Below, piece after piece: positions 55,573 to 64,000 of a stretch of 64,000 nt of DNA. Origin of the DNA: Gemmatimonadota bacterium (lineage in GTDB: Bacteria; Latescibacterota; UBA2968; UBA8231); contig JAYPJE010000013.1 in assembly GCA_038128265.1 (NCBI GenBank), forward strand, positions 9,077 to 73,076. The letters run 5' to 3'. The notes under the pieces are model-generated. The model searched no databases. It saw only the letters and a program-made list of their open reading frames with translations, and was not told where the DNA came from. Both the position numbers and the translations under genes were made by a program. Within the stretch, counting starts at the first letter, position 1, and every line of letters starts with the position of its first letter.

Positions 55573-56433
55573 CTAATCAAATAGGCCGGTCTCTATTGGC
55601 ATCAGCTTAAAATCGGAGATGTACTCGCCGCTGCAGTATAGTTTCTGCTCTTTGGAAAGAGACCAAAAGGCATCAAAGCCGTTGTCCTTCTCGTCGGCGT
55701 CCAGAAAAGCCCAGCCCAGCCCAATAATGGCATTTTCCGTCAAGTCGTGCACCGCGCTGTGTTCGGGCCCGTCCGGATGGAGATCGTCAAAGGGCGTAAT
55801 GTAGAACTCGTACACTATGCGGCCAGAATCCAAGTGTTGCACCTGACCGCTCCAGCCAACCGAAGAAAACTCCTCGCGCTTTGTCCACAGGGCTTTGCCC
55901 CACAGCCAGTGCCAGTAGTGTCCGTTTAGCGGCGGCATATACAGGTGGTAGTTCTGTGTATAGGCGCTGCGATAGCGGAACTCGGCTTCGGGCTCTTCCG
56001 AGAAGTTGATTACGCGGTCGCCGGCGTGGTCGGCATCGACGACGATTTCCCATATATCAGAACCGTGCACATAGGCACCGGCCATGCGGCTGTGTGGCGT
56101 GTCTAACGAGTCCGTGTTGAAATGTGAGAAGCGCCAGACGTCGTCGTATACTTCGGCGATGAAGTAGAGGCGGTTGAGCCCGTCGTTCCAGCCGACGGCG
56201 GCGCGAATGAGGTGGAGGTCAAGCGTGTCAGCTACCGTGCTGTCGTGTAGTGTTTCTTTGTAGACCGAGTTGCCGATAAAGTAGCTGTCGGGGACGACCG
56301 CCCAGTCGGAAAAGTCGCCGTCCATGGAGGGCACGTGCCCGTCGGGAAACTGAAATACCGAAAATACGTGCTCCTCTGGAAAGTGGGCGCTGGCCGGTAG
56401 CACGAGGGCGAGTAGAAAGGCGATAAGGCGCAT
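55573..56433 (-). CDS. Exported CBM9/DOMON-like protein with N-terminal His (paralogue of 38082, no WGxIK tail)
   Basis: Signal LPASA|H, PSMDGDFSDW, GWNDGLNRLY, DIWEIVVDADHAGD, IIGLGWAFLDAD, ends SDFKLMPIETGLFD. Confidence 0.78.
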   Translation of the reverse strand: MRLIAFLLALVLPASAHFPEEHVFSVFQFPDGHVPSMDGDFSDWAVVPDSYFIGNSVYKETLHDSTVADTLDLHLIRAAVGWNDGLNRLYFIAEVYDDVWRFSHFNTDSLDTPHSRMAGAYVHGSDIWEIVVDADHAGDRVINFSEEPEAEFRYRSAYTQNYHLYMPPLNGHYWHWLWGKALWTKREEFSSVGWSGQVQHLDSGRIVYEFYITPFDDLHPDGPEHSAVHDLTENAIIGLGWAFLDADEKDNGFDAFWSLSKEQKLYCSGEYISDFKLMPIETGLFD

Positions 56434-56570
56434 GGGGTTCTCCTCTTTGGGGTGCTGGCAAGATAGTGCAAGTTGGCCTTTGGCTCAAGCCCATAGCGCA
56501 TAGTGGAGCCACCGTCTGAAAAGGAATCTATTCGGCGCAAAACAGCGCAAAATAGGGTTCTATGCCGTGC

Positions 56571-56599
56571 TTGCTCGCGCTCGTAAAAAAATGTATACT
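56571..56599 (+). promoter_or_regulatory. Sigma70-type promoter TTGCTC-17-TATACT, likely giving a leaderless mRNA
   Basis: The -10 ends 8 nt before ATG 56608, and no Shine-Dalgarno lies in between. Confidence 0.55.
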
Positions 56600-56607
56600 G
56601 CACGGAC

Positions 56608-58548
56608 ATGACCGCAAAAATAACGCTGCGCGCCCTGCTCGTCGGTGCGCTATTCTCGCTTGTAATCAACGTCTTCTTTGCCTACGCACGGCTAGCCATG
56701 GCCACGGCCGGTATGTCGTCGGACTATATAACCGCCGGTGCCGTTTTTCTCTTCTTTGTATTTATAGCAACCGTGAATCCGCTCATTAAGCTGTGCCGGC
56801 GCTCGTGGGGTTTTGATCGATCCGAACTGATCGTTATTTACTGCATGATGATCGTCGCTTCGGCGATTCCTACCTGGGGTTTTACTGGAAACCTAATCGC
56901 CATGCTGCCCGGTATCTACTACTACGCTACGCCGGAGAATAACTGGGCTGAGCTACTGCACCCCTTTGTTCGCGAATGGTTGGTGCCGCACGACGCCATG
57001 GCGATCAAATATTTTTTCGAGGGATTGCCCCAGGGACAGCGCCTCCCTTGGGAGCACTGGGTGCGGCCGCTGCTGGCCTGGTCCTCGTTTATTATCTCAA
57101 TCTACCTGATGATGATTACCATCATGTCGATTATTCGCCGCCAGTGGGTCGACTACGATCGCCTGACTTTCCCGCTGCTGCAGCTACCGCTAGATATGAC
57201 GGAAGAGGGGCGGGATGGATCGATTTTCAACGCCTTCCTGAAAAGCCCGCTCATGTGGCTGGGGTTTTCCATTCCCTTTATCATCTTCAGTACCAATGCG
57301 CTCAACCACTATTTCCCCTTTGTGCCGCCCATTCAGCTGCGCAACAGCCTGCCCCTATTTAATCACGCGCTGGTTTTGCAGACCAACGTCAATTTTATCG
57401 CCATCGGTTTAGCCTATTTTCTCAGCTTAGACGTTGGCCTTGGCATTTGGCTTTTTCACCTGCTGACCAAAGGGCAGATCGCCATGGAAAACGTGCTGGG
57501 ATACAGCATCCCCGGGCGCAGCGATCTATTTATGGAAGGCTCTATGGCCGTTTCCTATCAGGGCATGGGCGCTATGCTCGTATTGGTGCTCTATGGTCTG
57601 TGGAACAGTCGCACGCACCTGCGTCAGGTATGGCAACAGGCCTGGCGCGGCAATGCAATAGACGACAGCCAGGAGATTCTGTCCTATCGCTCTGCGTTAA
57701 TCATACTCGGTTGCGCCAGCGCCTATGCCACGGGCTGGCTGACGCTTTCGGGTGTCCCGTTGGGCATTGCCCTGTTTTTTCTATTTATCGCCTTCTGCGT
57801 ATTCTACGGCCTAGCGCGCATCGTTGCGGAGGGGGGATTGGGTTTTGCGCGCGCGCAGATGACGGCGCAGCCCTTTGTAATACACGCGGTGGGAACCGAA
57901 GCCGTGACGCCTAGTGGGTTGGTTAGTCTGGGTATGACGTTTAGCTGGGCGGGCGATTTGCGCACGATGATTATGGCCTCGACGATCAACAGTCTCAAAT
58001 TGGCCGATGCCGGCAACGTGCGCGGCCGGCCGCTGTTTTGGGCCATTGCAATTTCTATTGTCGTCGGGCTTGCCGGATCGGTATGCATGGTCGTGTGGAT
58101 GGGCTATACGTATGGGGGGATCAATCTGGATTGGTGGTTTTACAACCGCTTCGGTGAAATAATTCACGGCGATACTGCGCATAAAATTGCCAATCCCACG
58201 CACCCGCTGCGCGATTGGTCTAGCGTTGCACCGCGCTATCTTTTTTCGCTGGTTGGCGCCGGTGTAATGGGCATGTTGATGTGGGCGCGACATCACATCC
58301 TGTGGTGGCCTATCCACTACCTCGGCTTTCCAATCGGCGCGACGCTGACCATTGTCTATACTTGGTTCAGTATTTTTATAGGCTGGGTTTTGAAAGGTAC
58401 CATTCTTAAGTACGGAGGCGTGCACCTATATCGCCAACTGCGGCCATTTTTCCTCGGTCTGATACTTGGCCACGTTTTTGTATCGGGTTTCTGGGTGGTA
58501 TTTGATTTTATAACGGGTGAGACCGGCAACCGAATTCCCATCTTTTAA
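56608..58548 (+). CDS. DUF6785/DUF6784-like polytopic membrane protein (putative transporter)
   Basis: About 16 hydrophobic segments, YYATPENNW, RRQWVDYDRLTFP, WWPIHYLG, PFFLGLILG. Confidence 0.78.
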   Translation: MTAKITLRALLVGALFSLVINVFFAYARLAMATAGMSSDYITAGAVFLFFVFIATVNPLIKLCRRSWGFDRSELIVIYCMMIVASAIPTWGFTGNLIAMLPGIYYYATPENNWAELLHPFVREWLVPHDAMAIKYFFEGLPQGQRLPWEHWVRPLLAWSSFIISIYLMMITIMSIIRRQWVDYDRLTFPLLQLPLDMTEEGRDGSIFNAFLKSPLMWLGFSIPFIIFSTNALNHYFPFVPPIQLRNSLPLFNHALVLQTNVNFIAIGLAYFLSLDVGLGIWLFHLLTKGQIAMENVLGYSIPGRSDLFMEGSMAVSYQGMGAMLVLVLYGLWNSRTHLRQVWQQAWRGNAIDDSQEILSYRSALIILGCASAYATGWLTLSGVPLGIALFFLFIAFCVFYGLARIVAEGGLGFARAQMTAQPFVIHAVGTEAVTPSGLVSLGMTFSWAGDLRTMIMASTINSLKLADAGNVRGRPLFWAIAISIVVGLAGSVCMVVWMGYTYGGINLDWWFYNRFGEIIHGDTAHKIANPTHPLRDWSSVAPRYLFSLVGAGVMGMLMWARHHILWWPIHYLGFPIGATLTIVYTWFSIFIGWVLKGTILKYGGVHLYRQLRPFFLGLILGHVFVSGFWVVFDFITGETGNRIPIF

Positions 58549-58559
58549 AGGAGTCAACG

Positions 58560-59594
58560 ATGAGGGCAAGCGATCGCCAGCGCGTGGGTGCGCAGGGATT
58601 GGAAGTGACGCGCCTTGGACTGGGCGGCACGGCATTTGGCAATATGTATGCCCGGCTAGACGAGGCGGCCGCAGAAGAAATTGTCGCAGCGGCCTATGCC
58701 GAGGGTATTTGCTACTGCGACACGGCGCCGCTCTACGGTTATGGCATGAGCGAGACGCGCTTGGGACAGGGTTTGAAAAGCGTGCCGCGCGACCAGATGG
58801 TTCTCTCTTCCAAGGTGGGCTATATGCTGGTGCCGCGGCCCGAGGGGCAGGAGGACCACACCCCCTTTGTCGACATTCCGCCGCTGGCCAGTGTGTTCGA
58901 CTATTCGCGCGATGCAACGCTGCGCTCAATCGAGGGCAGCCTGGAGCGACTGCAGACAGATCGGCTGGATATCGTGCTGATTCACGATCCCGACGAATCG
59001 CGCAGCAACGATCCGGGTTGGCAGCCCGGCGATCGCGGCCATTTTGACGAGGTGATGGAGGGCGCCTACCCGGCGCTGTGCGAACTGCGCTCAGCGGGAG
59101 TTATCGGAGCGATTGGGTTGGGTATGAACCAGTGGCAAATGCTGGCCGACTTTGCGCGCGCCGGCGATTTCGACTGCTTCTTGCTGGCCGGGCGCTATAC
59201 GCTGCTAGAGCAGGAGTCGCTGCGCGAACTGCTGCCGCTGTGCCTGCAAAAAGACGTCCGCATTATTATTGGCGGTCCCTACAACTCGGGCATTTTGGCG
59301 ACGGGCGCGACCGAGGGCGCCATGTATAATTACGCACCGGCCGACGAGGCGGTGCTGAGGCGCGTGCGGCAGATTGAGGCCGTTTGTGCGCGCCACGAAG
59401 TGCCGCTGAGGGCGGCGGCGCTGCAGTTTCCCTTTGGGCACGCGGCGGTGGCCACGACCATTCCCGGTGCGCGTTCGGCAGAGGAGATCCGCGACAACGT
59501 GCGTTTGATCGAACATCCAATCCCCAACGACTTTTGGGCCGAGCTCAAGGCCGAGAATCTAGTCGCGTCGGAAGCGCCAACGCCTAGCGGTTAG
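58560..59594 (+). CDS. Aldo/keto reductase, D-threo-aldose/L-fucose 1-dehydrogenase-like subfamily
   Basis: DTAPLYGYGMSE.RLG, SSKVG, FDYSRD..LRSIE.SL.RL, LIHDPD, LLAGRYTLLEQ, GGPYNSGILATG. Confidence 0.88.
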   Translation: MRASDRQRVGAQGLEVTRLGLGGTAFGNMYARLDEAAAEEIVAAAYAEGICYCDTAPLYGYGMSETRLGQGLKSVPRDQMVLSSKVGYMLVPRPEGQEDHTPFVDIPPLASVFDYSRDATLRSIEGSLERLQTDRLDIVLIHDPDESRSNDPGWQPGDRGHFDEVMEGAYPALCELRSAGVIGAIGLGMNQWQMLADFARAGDFDCFLLAGRYTLLEQESLRELLPLCLQKDVRIIIGGPYNSGILATGATEGAMYNYAPADEAVLRRVRQIEAVCARHEVPLRAAALQFPFGHAAVATTIPGARSAEEIRDNVRLIEHPIPNDFWAELKAENLVASEAPTPSG

Positions 59595-61507
59595 TAGTAG
59601 TAGAATGCGTAGAGCAGGGAGGCACCGCCAATGCCGACGCTGGTTCCCAAGATCAAGCCGATAAAGAGGGGCAGCATGCGCCGGTAGAGCACGATGCCGC
59701 CGTAGCGCAGGATGAGCAGCTTGATCAGCCAGGTGATAAACATACCGAACCAGTCAATGCTGACGGTATTGGTCAATGCCACCGCTAGGCCAACCGGGTG
59801 CAGCGGCCAGCTGACCCAGCGGTAGGAAGCCAGCGAAAGCAGGCCCGCCCACGCCGCGCCTATGAAAACAAAGAGTGCAGCTAGCGGCTCGGGTGGGTTG
59901 GGGTTGTTTATGGTATTGGCAACCCAAGACCAGTGGTACTGCGGCGACATGACGAAGTACCATACGTAGCCGTGCACCAAGCCGTGGCGATAGCCTAGAT
60001 AAATATACGAGACAATTGTAGTGACCAGCCCTACGGCCATGGCTGCGCCGAGAAAGACCAGTAGCCTGCGGCCGCTTATCCGCAGCCGCGCCGGTTCGCA
60101 GACCTTAAAGGCGTGCGCTAGCGTCCCCATGAGAAAAAGCTGCAGGTCGGCTGCCCAGACCATACTGAGCCCCAGTGCGCTAATGCCTTGAGCGCCGATG
60201 GTCTCCGAGCCGGCGATATTGGTTATGATGGGAGGCGTTGATGTGGGCGCGCGCAGGCGCCCAATGCCGGTCTGTGCCAGCAGACGCGCAATGCCAAAAA
60301 ACACCAGAAGCGACACGCCGAGAAAGACGATGCTCCAGCCCAGAGCTAGACCGCTGGCGTTGAGGAAGCCGGTCATATAGACTAGGCCAACCAAGCCGAG
60401 CACAACAGCCAGGCGCGGCGAAACAAGATTGTGGTCGTCGCTGCGCTTGCCGACGATGATATGCCACTGCTCGCGGAGAAAATCGCGCCCCAGCCACAGG
60501 GAGATGGCGACGATGCATAGTAGGGAGCCGACCTGCTGGTGGGCCAGTAGCACATTGGCTGGAGCATGAGGTTGGGCCGGCAGCGGTGCGCCGATGCCCA
60601 GATAGTCGAGCAGGCTGGCTTCGGCGCCGATCAGCAGGTGGAAAATCCAGATACTGGCCAGCACATTGAGGTTGACCAGATAGCTCAGCCCAACGACGAG
60701 TAAATCGGTGTTGAGCTGGTATGAGAGGCCAAATTGGCGCACTTCAATGCGGCCGCTGGGAATGCCCAAATGGCCGATGAGCTCAAAGTCAAAGAGTTGG
60801 TCGAGGGCGTTGATCGTGGGAAAGTGCCACGCAAAGAGAAAGCCCAGCCACAGCAGCTTGCTGCGCAATATGGAGGTGCGCGGTTTTTCGACGCTGTCCA
60901 ATAGCAAGTTGGGAACGGCGGCCAGCGGATAGGCGAGGCGCTCGCGCTGGGACCACTGGTTGTGCACCAGCGCGATAAGGGCAAAGCTGACGAGAAAAAA
61001 GGCCAGCATAAAGAGACCCCACCACAGCATGGGTTCCCACCACAGGCCCCAGGGAATGGCTGCGCCTTCTGCGGTTCCCTCGAAGAGCTGGCGAATGGCC
61101 TCTGCATCGCGCGGGGCGGCCCAAGATGGAATGTGCGGCCAGAGAATGTCGGACCAGTTATTTTCCGGTGTCGCGTAATAAAAGACCCCGGCGATCAGCG
61201 GGATAAAATAGCCGCCAAAGCCCATGGATGGCAGCACGGTAGCGACCATTAGGCCGGCGTAGATAAGAGCAAAATTGGCCGGTGAGAGAGCGAGAGTCGA
61301 ACGCAGTAAACGCAGGGCTAACGAGCACAGCGTAGTCCAGAATATTAGGAAGATGACGCCGATGGTGTTGAAGTGGTCCGTCAGGCCGGTGTACGAGCCG
61401 TAGAGCACGTAGGTGCGCACGCTGGTAAAGGTCATAAAGATCGAAAAGATCATGACCAGCACAAAGGAGAAGAACACGCCTGCGCGCGAGGAATGTGGAA
61501 GCGACAT
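59591..61507 (-). CDS. DUF6785/DUF6784-like polytopic membrane protein (putative transporter)
   Basis: YYATPENNW, QWSQRERLAYP, WPLHPVG, PLFIGLILG. Converges on the AKR gene with a 4-nt stop-codon overlap. Confidence 0.78.
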   Translation of the reverse strand: MSLPHSSRAGVFFSFVLVMIFSIFMTFTSVRTYVLYGSYTGLTDHFNTIGVIFLIFWTTLCSLALRLLRSTLALSPANFALIYAGLMVATVLPSMGFGGYFIPLIAGVFYYATPENNWSDILWPHIPSWAAPRDAEAIRQLFEGTAEGAAIPWGLWWEPMLWWGLFMLAFFLVSFALIALVHNQWSQRERLAYPLAAVPNLLLDSVEKPRTSILRSKLLWLGFLFAWHFPTINALDQLFDFELIGHLGIPSGRIEVRQFGLSYQLNTDLLVVGLSYLVNLNVLASIWIFHLLIGAEASLLDYLGIGAPLPAQPHAPANVLLAHQQVGSLLCIVAISLWLGRDFLREQWHIIVGKRSDDHNLVSPRLAVVLGLVGLVYMTGFLNASGLALGWSIVFLGVSLLVFFGIARLLAQTGIGRLRAPTSTPPIITNIAGSETIGAQGISALGLSMVWAADLQLFLMGTLAHAFKVCEPARLRISGRRLLVFLGAAMAVGLVTTIVSYIYLGYRHGLVHGYVWYFVMSPQYHWSWVANTINNPNPPEPLAALFVFIGAAWAGLLSLASYRWVSWPLHPVGLAVALTNTVSIDWFGMFITWLIKLLILRYGGIVLYRRMLPLFIGLILGTSVGIGGASLLYAFYYY

Positions 61508-61767
61508 AGGGCCTAGTTATAGCTGTGAGATATCGTGCGCTCAGGGGGTAACTTAGGGTATTTGGCGAACGCATCAATAGCCAATTTCTATATCCGGCAC
61601 GCGTTGACAAATAAGGGATAAATGTGTTAGTCATATGTCTGCGCAGTCGAGCGGGTATAAGCGGTTTCTGAACGGCACAATCGCCGTCGGCATCCCCTGC
61701 TGGCGAGTGCGCCGAGTTGGCCAGTAGCGCCTGTATGGATGCCTATTCCCACCTACGGAGAACGATT

Positions 61768-63510
61768 ATGTATCGCCTATTTATCGCCGCTTGCCTGGCC
61801 CTGACGGCCTGCACCGGTCAGCCATCAGACGATTCTACCGCACAGTCGCTCAAGAAGGTGCCGCGCAACCGCACGCTGATTATGGACTGCGCTGAGGGCA
61901 ATACCTGTGCGGGCCAGATACAGGATTACAACAGCTTTAACCCGTTTATCCCCGGCAGCATTTCGCGTATCGGCTTTAACTTTCTCTACGAGCCGCTCTA
62001 CTTTTTTAATGCCTACGAAACCAATTCCGAACTGATGCCGTGGATAGCCGAAAGCCATCAATTCAACGAGGATTTTACCGAATTAACGGTGCGCATCCGG
62101 CCGGGTGTCGAGTGGAGCGATGGCCATCCGTGGACGGCGCACGATTTTGTCTTCACGATCAATATGTTGCGCACGCACGCGCCGCAGCTAGTGCACTCGA
62201 CGGATATGGAGGCGTGGGTTAAAGACGCCGTTGCGCTCGATGATATGACGGCGCGCGTCGTTTTGAAAGCGCCCAATCCGCGCTTCTTGTTTAGCTACTT
62301 CGTGCACAGCGGTGACCAGGGCGTGCCCATCGTGCCGAAGCACATTTGGGAAGGCCAAGATCCGCTGACGTTTTCCAATTACGATCCGCAAAAGGGCTGG
62401 CCGGTGCTGACGGGTCCCTATTACATGGCCCTATCGGAGCCGGCTCAGCGCATTTGGGATCTGCGCGCGGATTGGTGGGCTAAAAAGATCGGCTTTCAAG
62501 AATTGCCCAAGGTAGAGCGACTGATTTACCTGACGTATATGGAAGAGACCAAACGCGTTCAGAACCTGATTACCAACGCGCTGGATACCTGTTTGGAACT
62601 GCGTCCCGCCAATATCGTATCGCTGCTAGAAGCCAACCCCAATATTACGACGTGGACCGGTCGACAGCCGCCCTACAGCTACATTACGTGGTGGCCTATT
62701 TCGCTTGGGTTTAATGCGCTCGAGGAGCCGTGGTCGGATCCAGAGATGCGCCGCGCGGTCAACTTTGCTATTGATCGCGACCAGCTCGTCGAAATCGGCT
62801 GGCAGAACTCGGGGGCGTGGTCGCACCTGCCGCTGCCCGATTTGCCGCAAATGCGCCCCTACTTTGATCTATCCGAGGACCTGATAGAAAAATACGAGAT
62901 TGGCGTATTTGACCTCGAGCGCAGTGCGGCTATTTTGCGCGCCAAAGGCTATGTGCGCACGGGCGAGTTCTGGGAAAGGGATGGGCGTCCCCTGAGCATG
63001 GTAATCGATATCTTTTCGCACTTTCAGGATTTTACGCCCGTGCTGGTGGCGCAGCTCAAACGCGCCGGCATCGATGCCTCTTTCCGCATGACGTCCGATT
63101 TTAACACGCGTCTGCGCATGGGCACGGCGCGTGCGTACTTATTTGGCAACTTTAGCTCCGTGCGCGACCCCTACTTTGTCCTGCGCCAGTATCACCAGCG
63201 CTTTGTCCATCCAACGGACCAGCCAGCCGACATGCCGTGGCGCTGGGATAACGAAGCGTACAGCAGTCTCGTCGACCGCATGGGGCAGACGCCGACGGAC
63301 GCCCCTGAAATGGCTGAGTTGTACCGCCAGGCCATGGATATATGGCTGCGCGAACTGCCGTCGATTCCCCTCGTGCAGTGGCCGCACCGCATTCCACACA
63401 ACGAGACCTACTGGACAAATTGGCCGACGCAGGACAATCCCTATATAAACAGCGCCTATTGGAGCAGAACGTGGCTGCTGGTGCTGCTTAATTTACAGCC
63501 GACTTCGTGA
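61768..63510 (+). CDS. ABC transporter substrate-binding lipoprotein, family 5 (peptide/oligosaccharide type)
   Basis: Lipobox LTAC after GGAG RBS, YEPL..PWIAES..IRPGVEWSDGHPWTAHDFVFT, TGPY, PWSDPEMRRAVNFAIDR. Confidence 0.9.
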   Translation: MYRLFIAACLALTACTGQPSDDSTAQSLKKVPRNRTLIMDCAEGNTCAGQIQDYNSFNPFIPGSISRIGFNFLYEPLYFFNAYETNSELMPWIAESHQFNEDFTELTVRIRPGVEWSDGHPWTAHDFVFTINMLRTHAPQLVHSTDMEAWVKDAVALDDMTARVVLKAPNPRFLFSYFVHSGDQGVPIVPKHIWEGQDPLTFSNYDPQKGWPVLTGPYYMALSEPAQRIWDLRADWWAKKIGFQELPKVERLIYLTYMEETKRVQNLITNALDTCLELRPANIVSLLEANPNITTWTGRQPPYSYITWWPISLGFNALEEPWSDPEMRRAVNFAIDRDQLVEIGWQNSGAWSHLPLPDLPQMRPYFDLSEDLIEKYEIGVFDLERSAAILRAKGYVRTGEFWERDGRPLSMVIDIFSHFQDFTPVLVAQLKRAGIDASFRMTSDFNTRLRMGTARAYLFGNFSSVRDPYFVLRQYHQRFVHPTDQPADMPWRWDNEAYSSLVDRMGQTPTDAPEMAELYRQAMDIWLRELPSIPLVQWPHRIPHNETYWTNWPTQDNPYINSAYWSRTWLLVLLNLQPTS

Positions 63511-63608
63511 CGGACTAAACTTCATTACAAATTTATTATTCTAAATCGCTGCGGCGTGCAGGCAGTGCCTGCGCACGCATGTGAGAAGGTCGACTAGAAA
63601 GGATCTAT

Positions 63609-64000
63609 ATGGATGTGGTACGCGTAGGCATTATTGGTTTGGGCGGTATGGGCAGTAACCACGCTGGCTATCTTTCGCGCGGCGAAATTCCCGGCGCAAC
63701 GCTGTCGGCCGTTTGCGACGTCGATGCGTCCCGGCTGCAGGGGGTGCAAGAGAAATACGGCGAAGGCGTGCAGGCCTTTGACTCGGCCGATGCACTCTTT
63801 GCTGCCAAGTGCGTCGATGCCGTCATTGTCGCGACGCCGCACTACTTTCATCCGCCGCTGGTCATTCAGGCGTTGGAATCTGGCCATCACGCCATGAGCG
63901 AGAAGCCAGCTGGTGTGTACACCAAGCAGGTGCGCGAAATGAACGAGGTGGCCGCCAAGAGCGATCGCGTCTTCGGCGTGATGTTTAACCAGCGCACCCG
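63609..64000 (+). CDS. Gfo/Idh/MocA-family oxidoreductase, truncated by the window end (missing from the ORF track)
   Basis: Manual translation gives MDVVRVGIIGLGGMGSNHA...AVCD...VDAVIVATPHYFHP...GHHAMSEKP...FGVMFNQRT. Confidence 0.9.
   Translation, partial: MDVVRVGIIGLGGMGSNHAGYLSRGEIPGATLSAVCDVDASRLQGVQEKYGEGVQAFDSADALFAAKCVDAVIVATPHYFHPPLVIQALESGHHAMSEKPAGVYTKQVREMNEVAAKSDRVFGVMFNQRT

Noticed and set aside
59591..59594. 4-nt overlap of convergent stop codons
   Set aside because: Common in compact bacterial genomes, with no further signal.
61604..61633. TTGACA promoter upstream of the SBP gene
   Set aside because: The -35 is perfect but there is no convincing -10 at 16-18 nt spacing (best is TAGTCA).
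1..64000. CRISPR array, tRNA/rRNA, IS or prophage
   Set aside because: I saw no regularly spaced repeats, RNA-gene signatures, transposase or integrase. The repetitiveness is explained by FG-GAP, TPR and paralogous coding sequence.

Overview
This is a gene-dense, GC-rich (about 60% by eye) bacterial chromosome segment. I saw no rRNA, tRNA, CRISPR array or mobile element. Gene content suggests an uncultured FCB-superphylum organism such as Ca. Latescibacterota (inference, from FlgD-Ig-tailed exported proteins, a WGxIK C-terminal tail, many FG-GAP/CRTAC1 proteins and DUF6785-like transporters). The flanks are catabolic or transport genes: three aldo/keto reductases (one with a Tat motif), a GNAT, a sulfatase-fold enzyme with Thr at the catalytic position, a CehA/McbA-type hydrolase, a PhyH dioxygenase, three DUF6785-like polytopic membrane units (one fused to a degenerate M28/PA plus FtsX protein), an orphan family-5 SBP and a Gfo/Idh/MocA enzyme. 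The core (about 13.4-56.4 kb) is a cell-envelope island. It holds four CRTAC1/ASPIC-UnbV propellers, TPR lipoproteins, a PpiC chaperone, two translationally coupled ~960-980 aa paralogues that look like outer-membrane proteins, and six paralogous exported discoidin-like proteins. Those six share a PN(G/N)DGxND...WDGR...VAY-type C-terminal domain and differ mostly in short hypervariable loops. The island also has two His1 CBM9/DOMON-like proteins, a heme-c FG-GAP protein and a GT-C/TPR transferase. The 26-51 kb block is the best candidate for an undescribed surface-display or ligand-capture system with a diversified binding repertoire. All family calls come from motif recognition by eye, not database searches.
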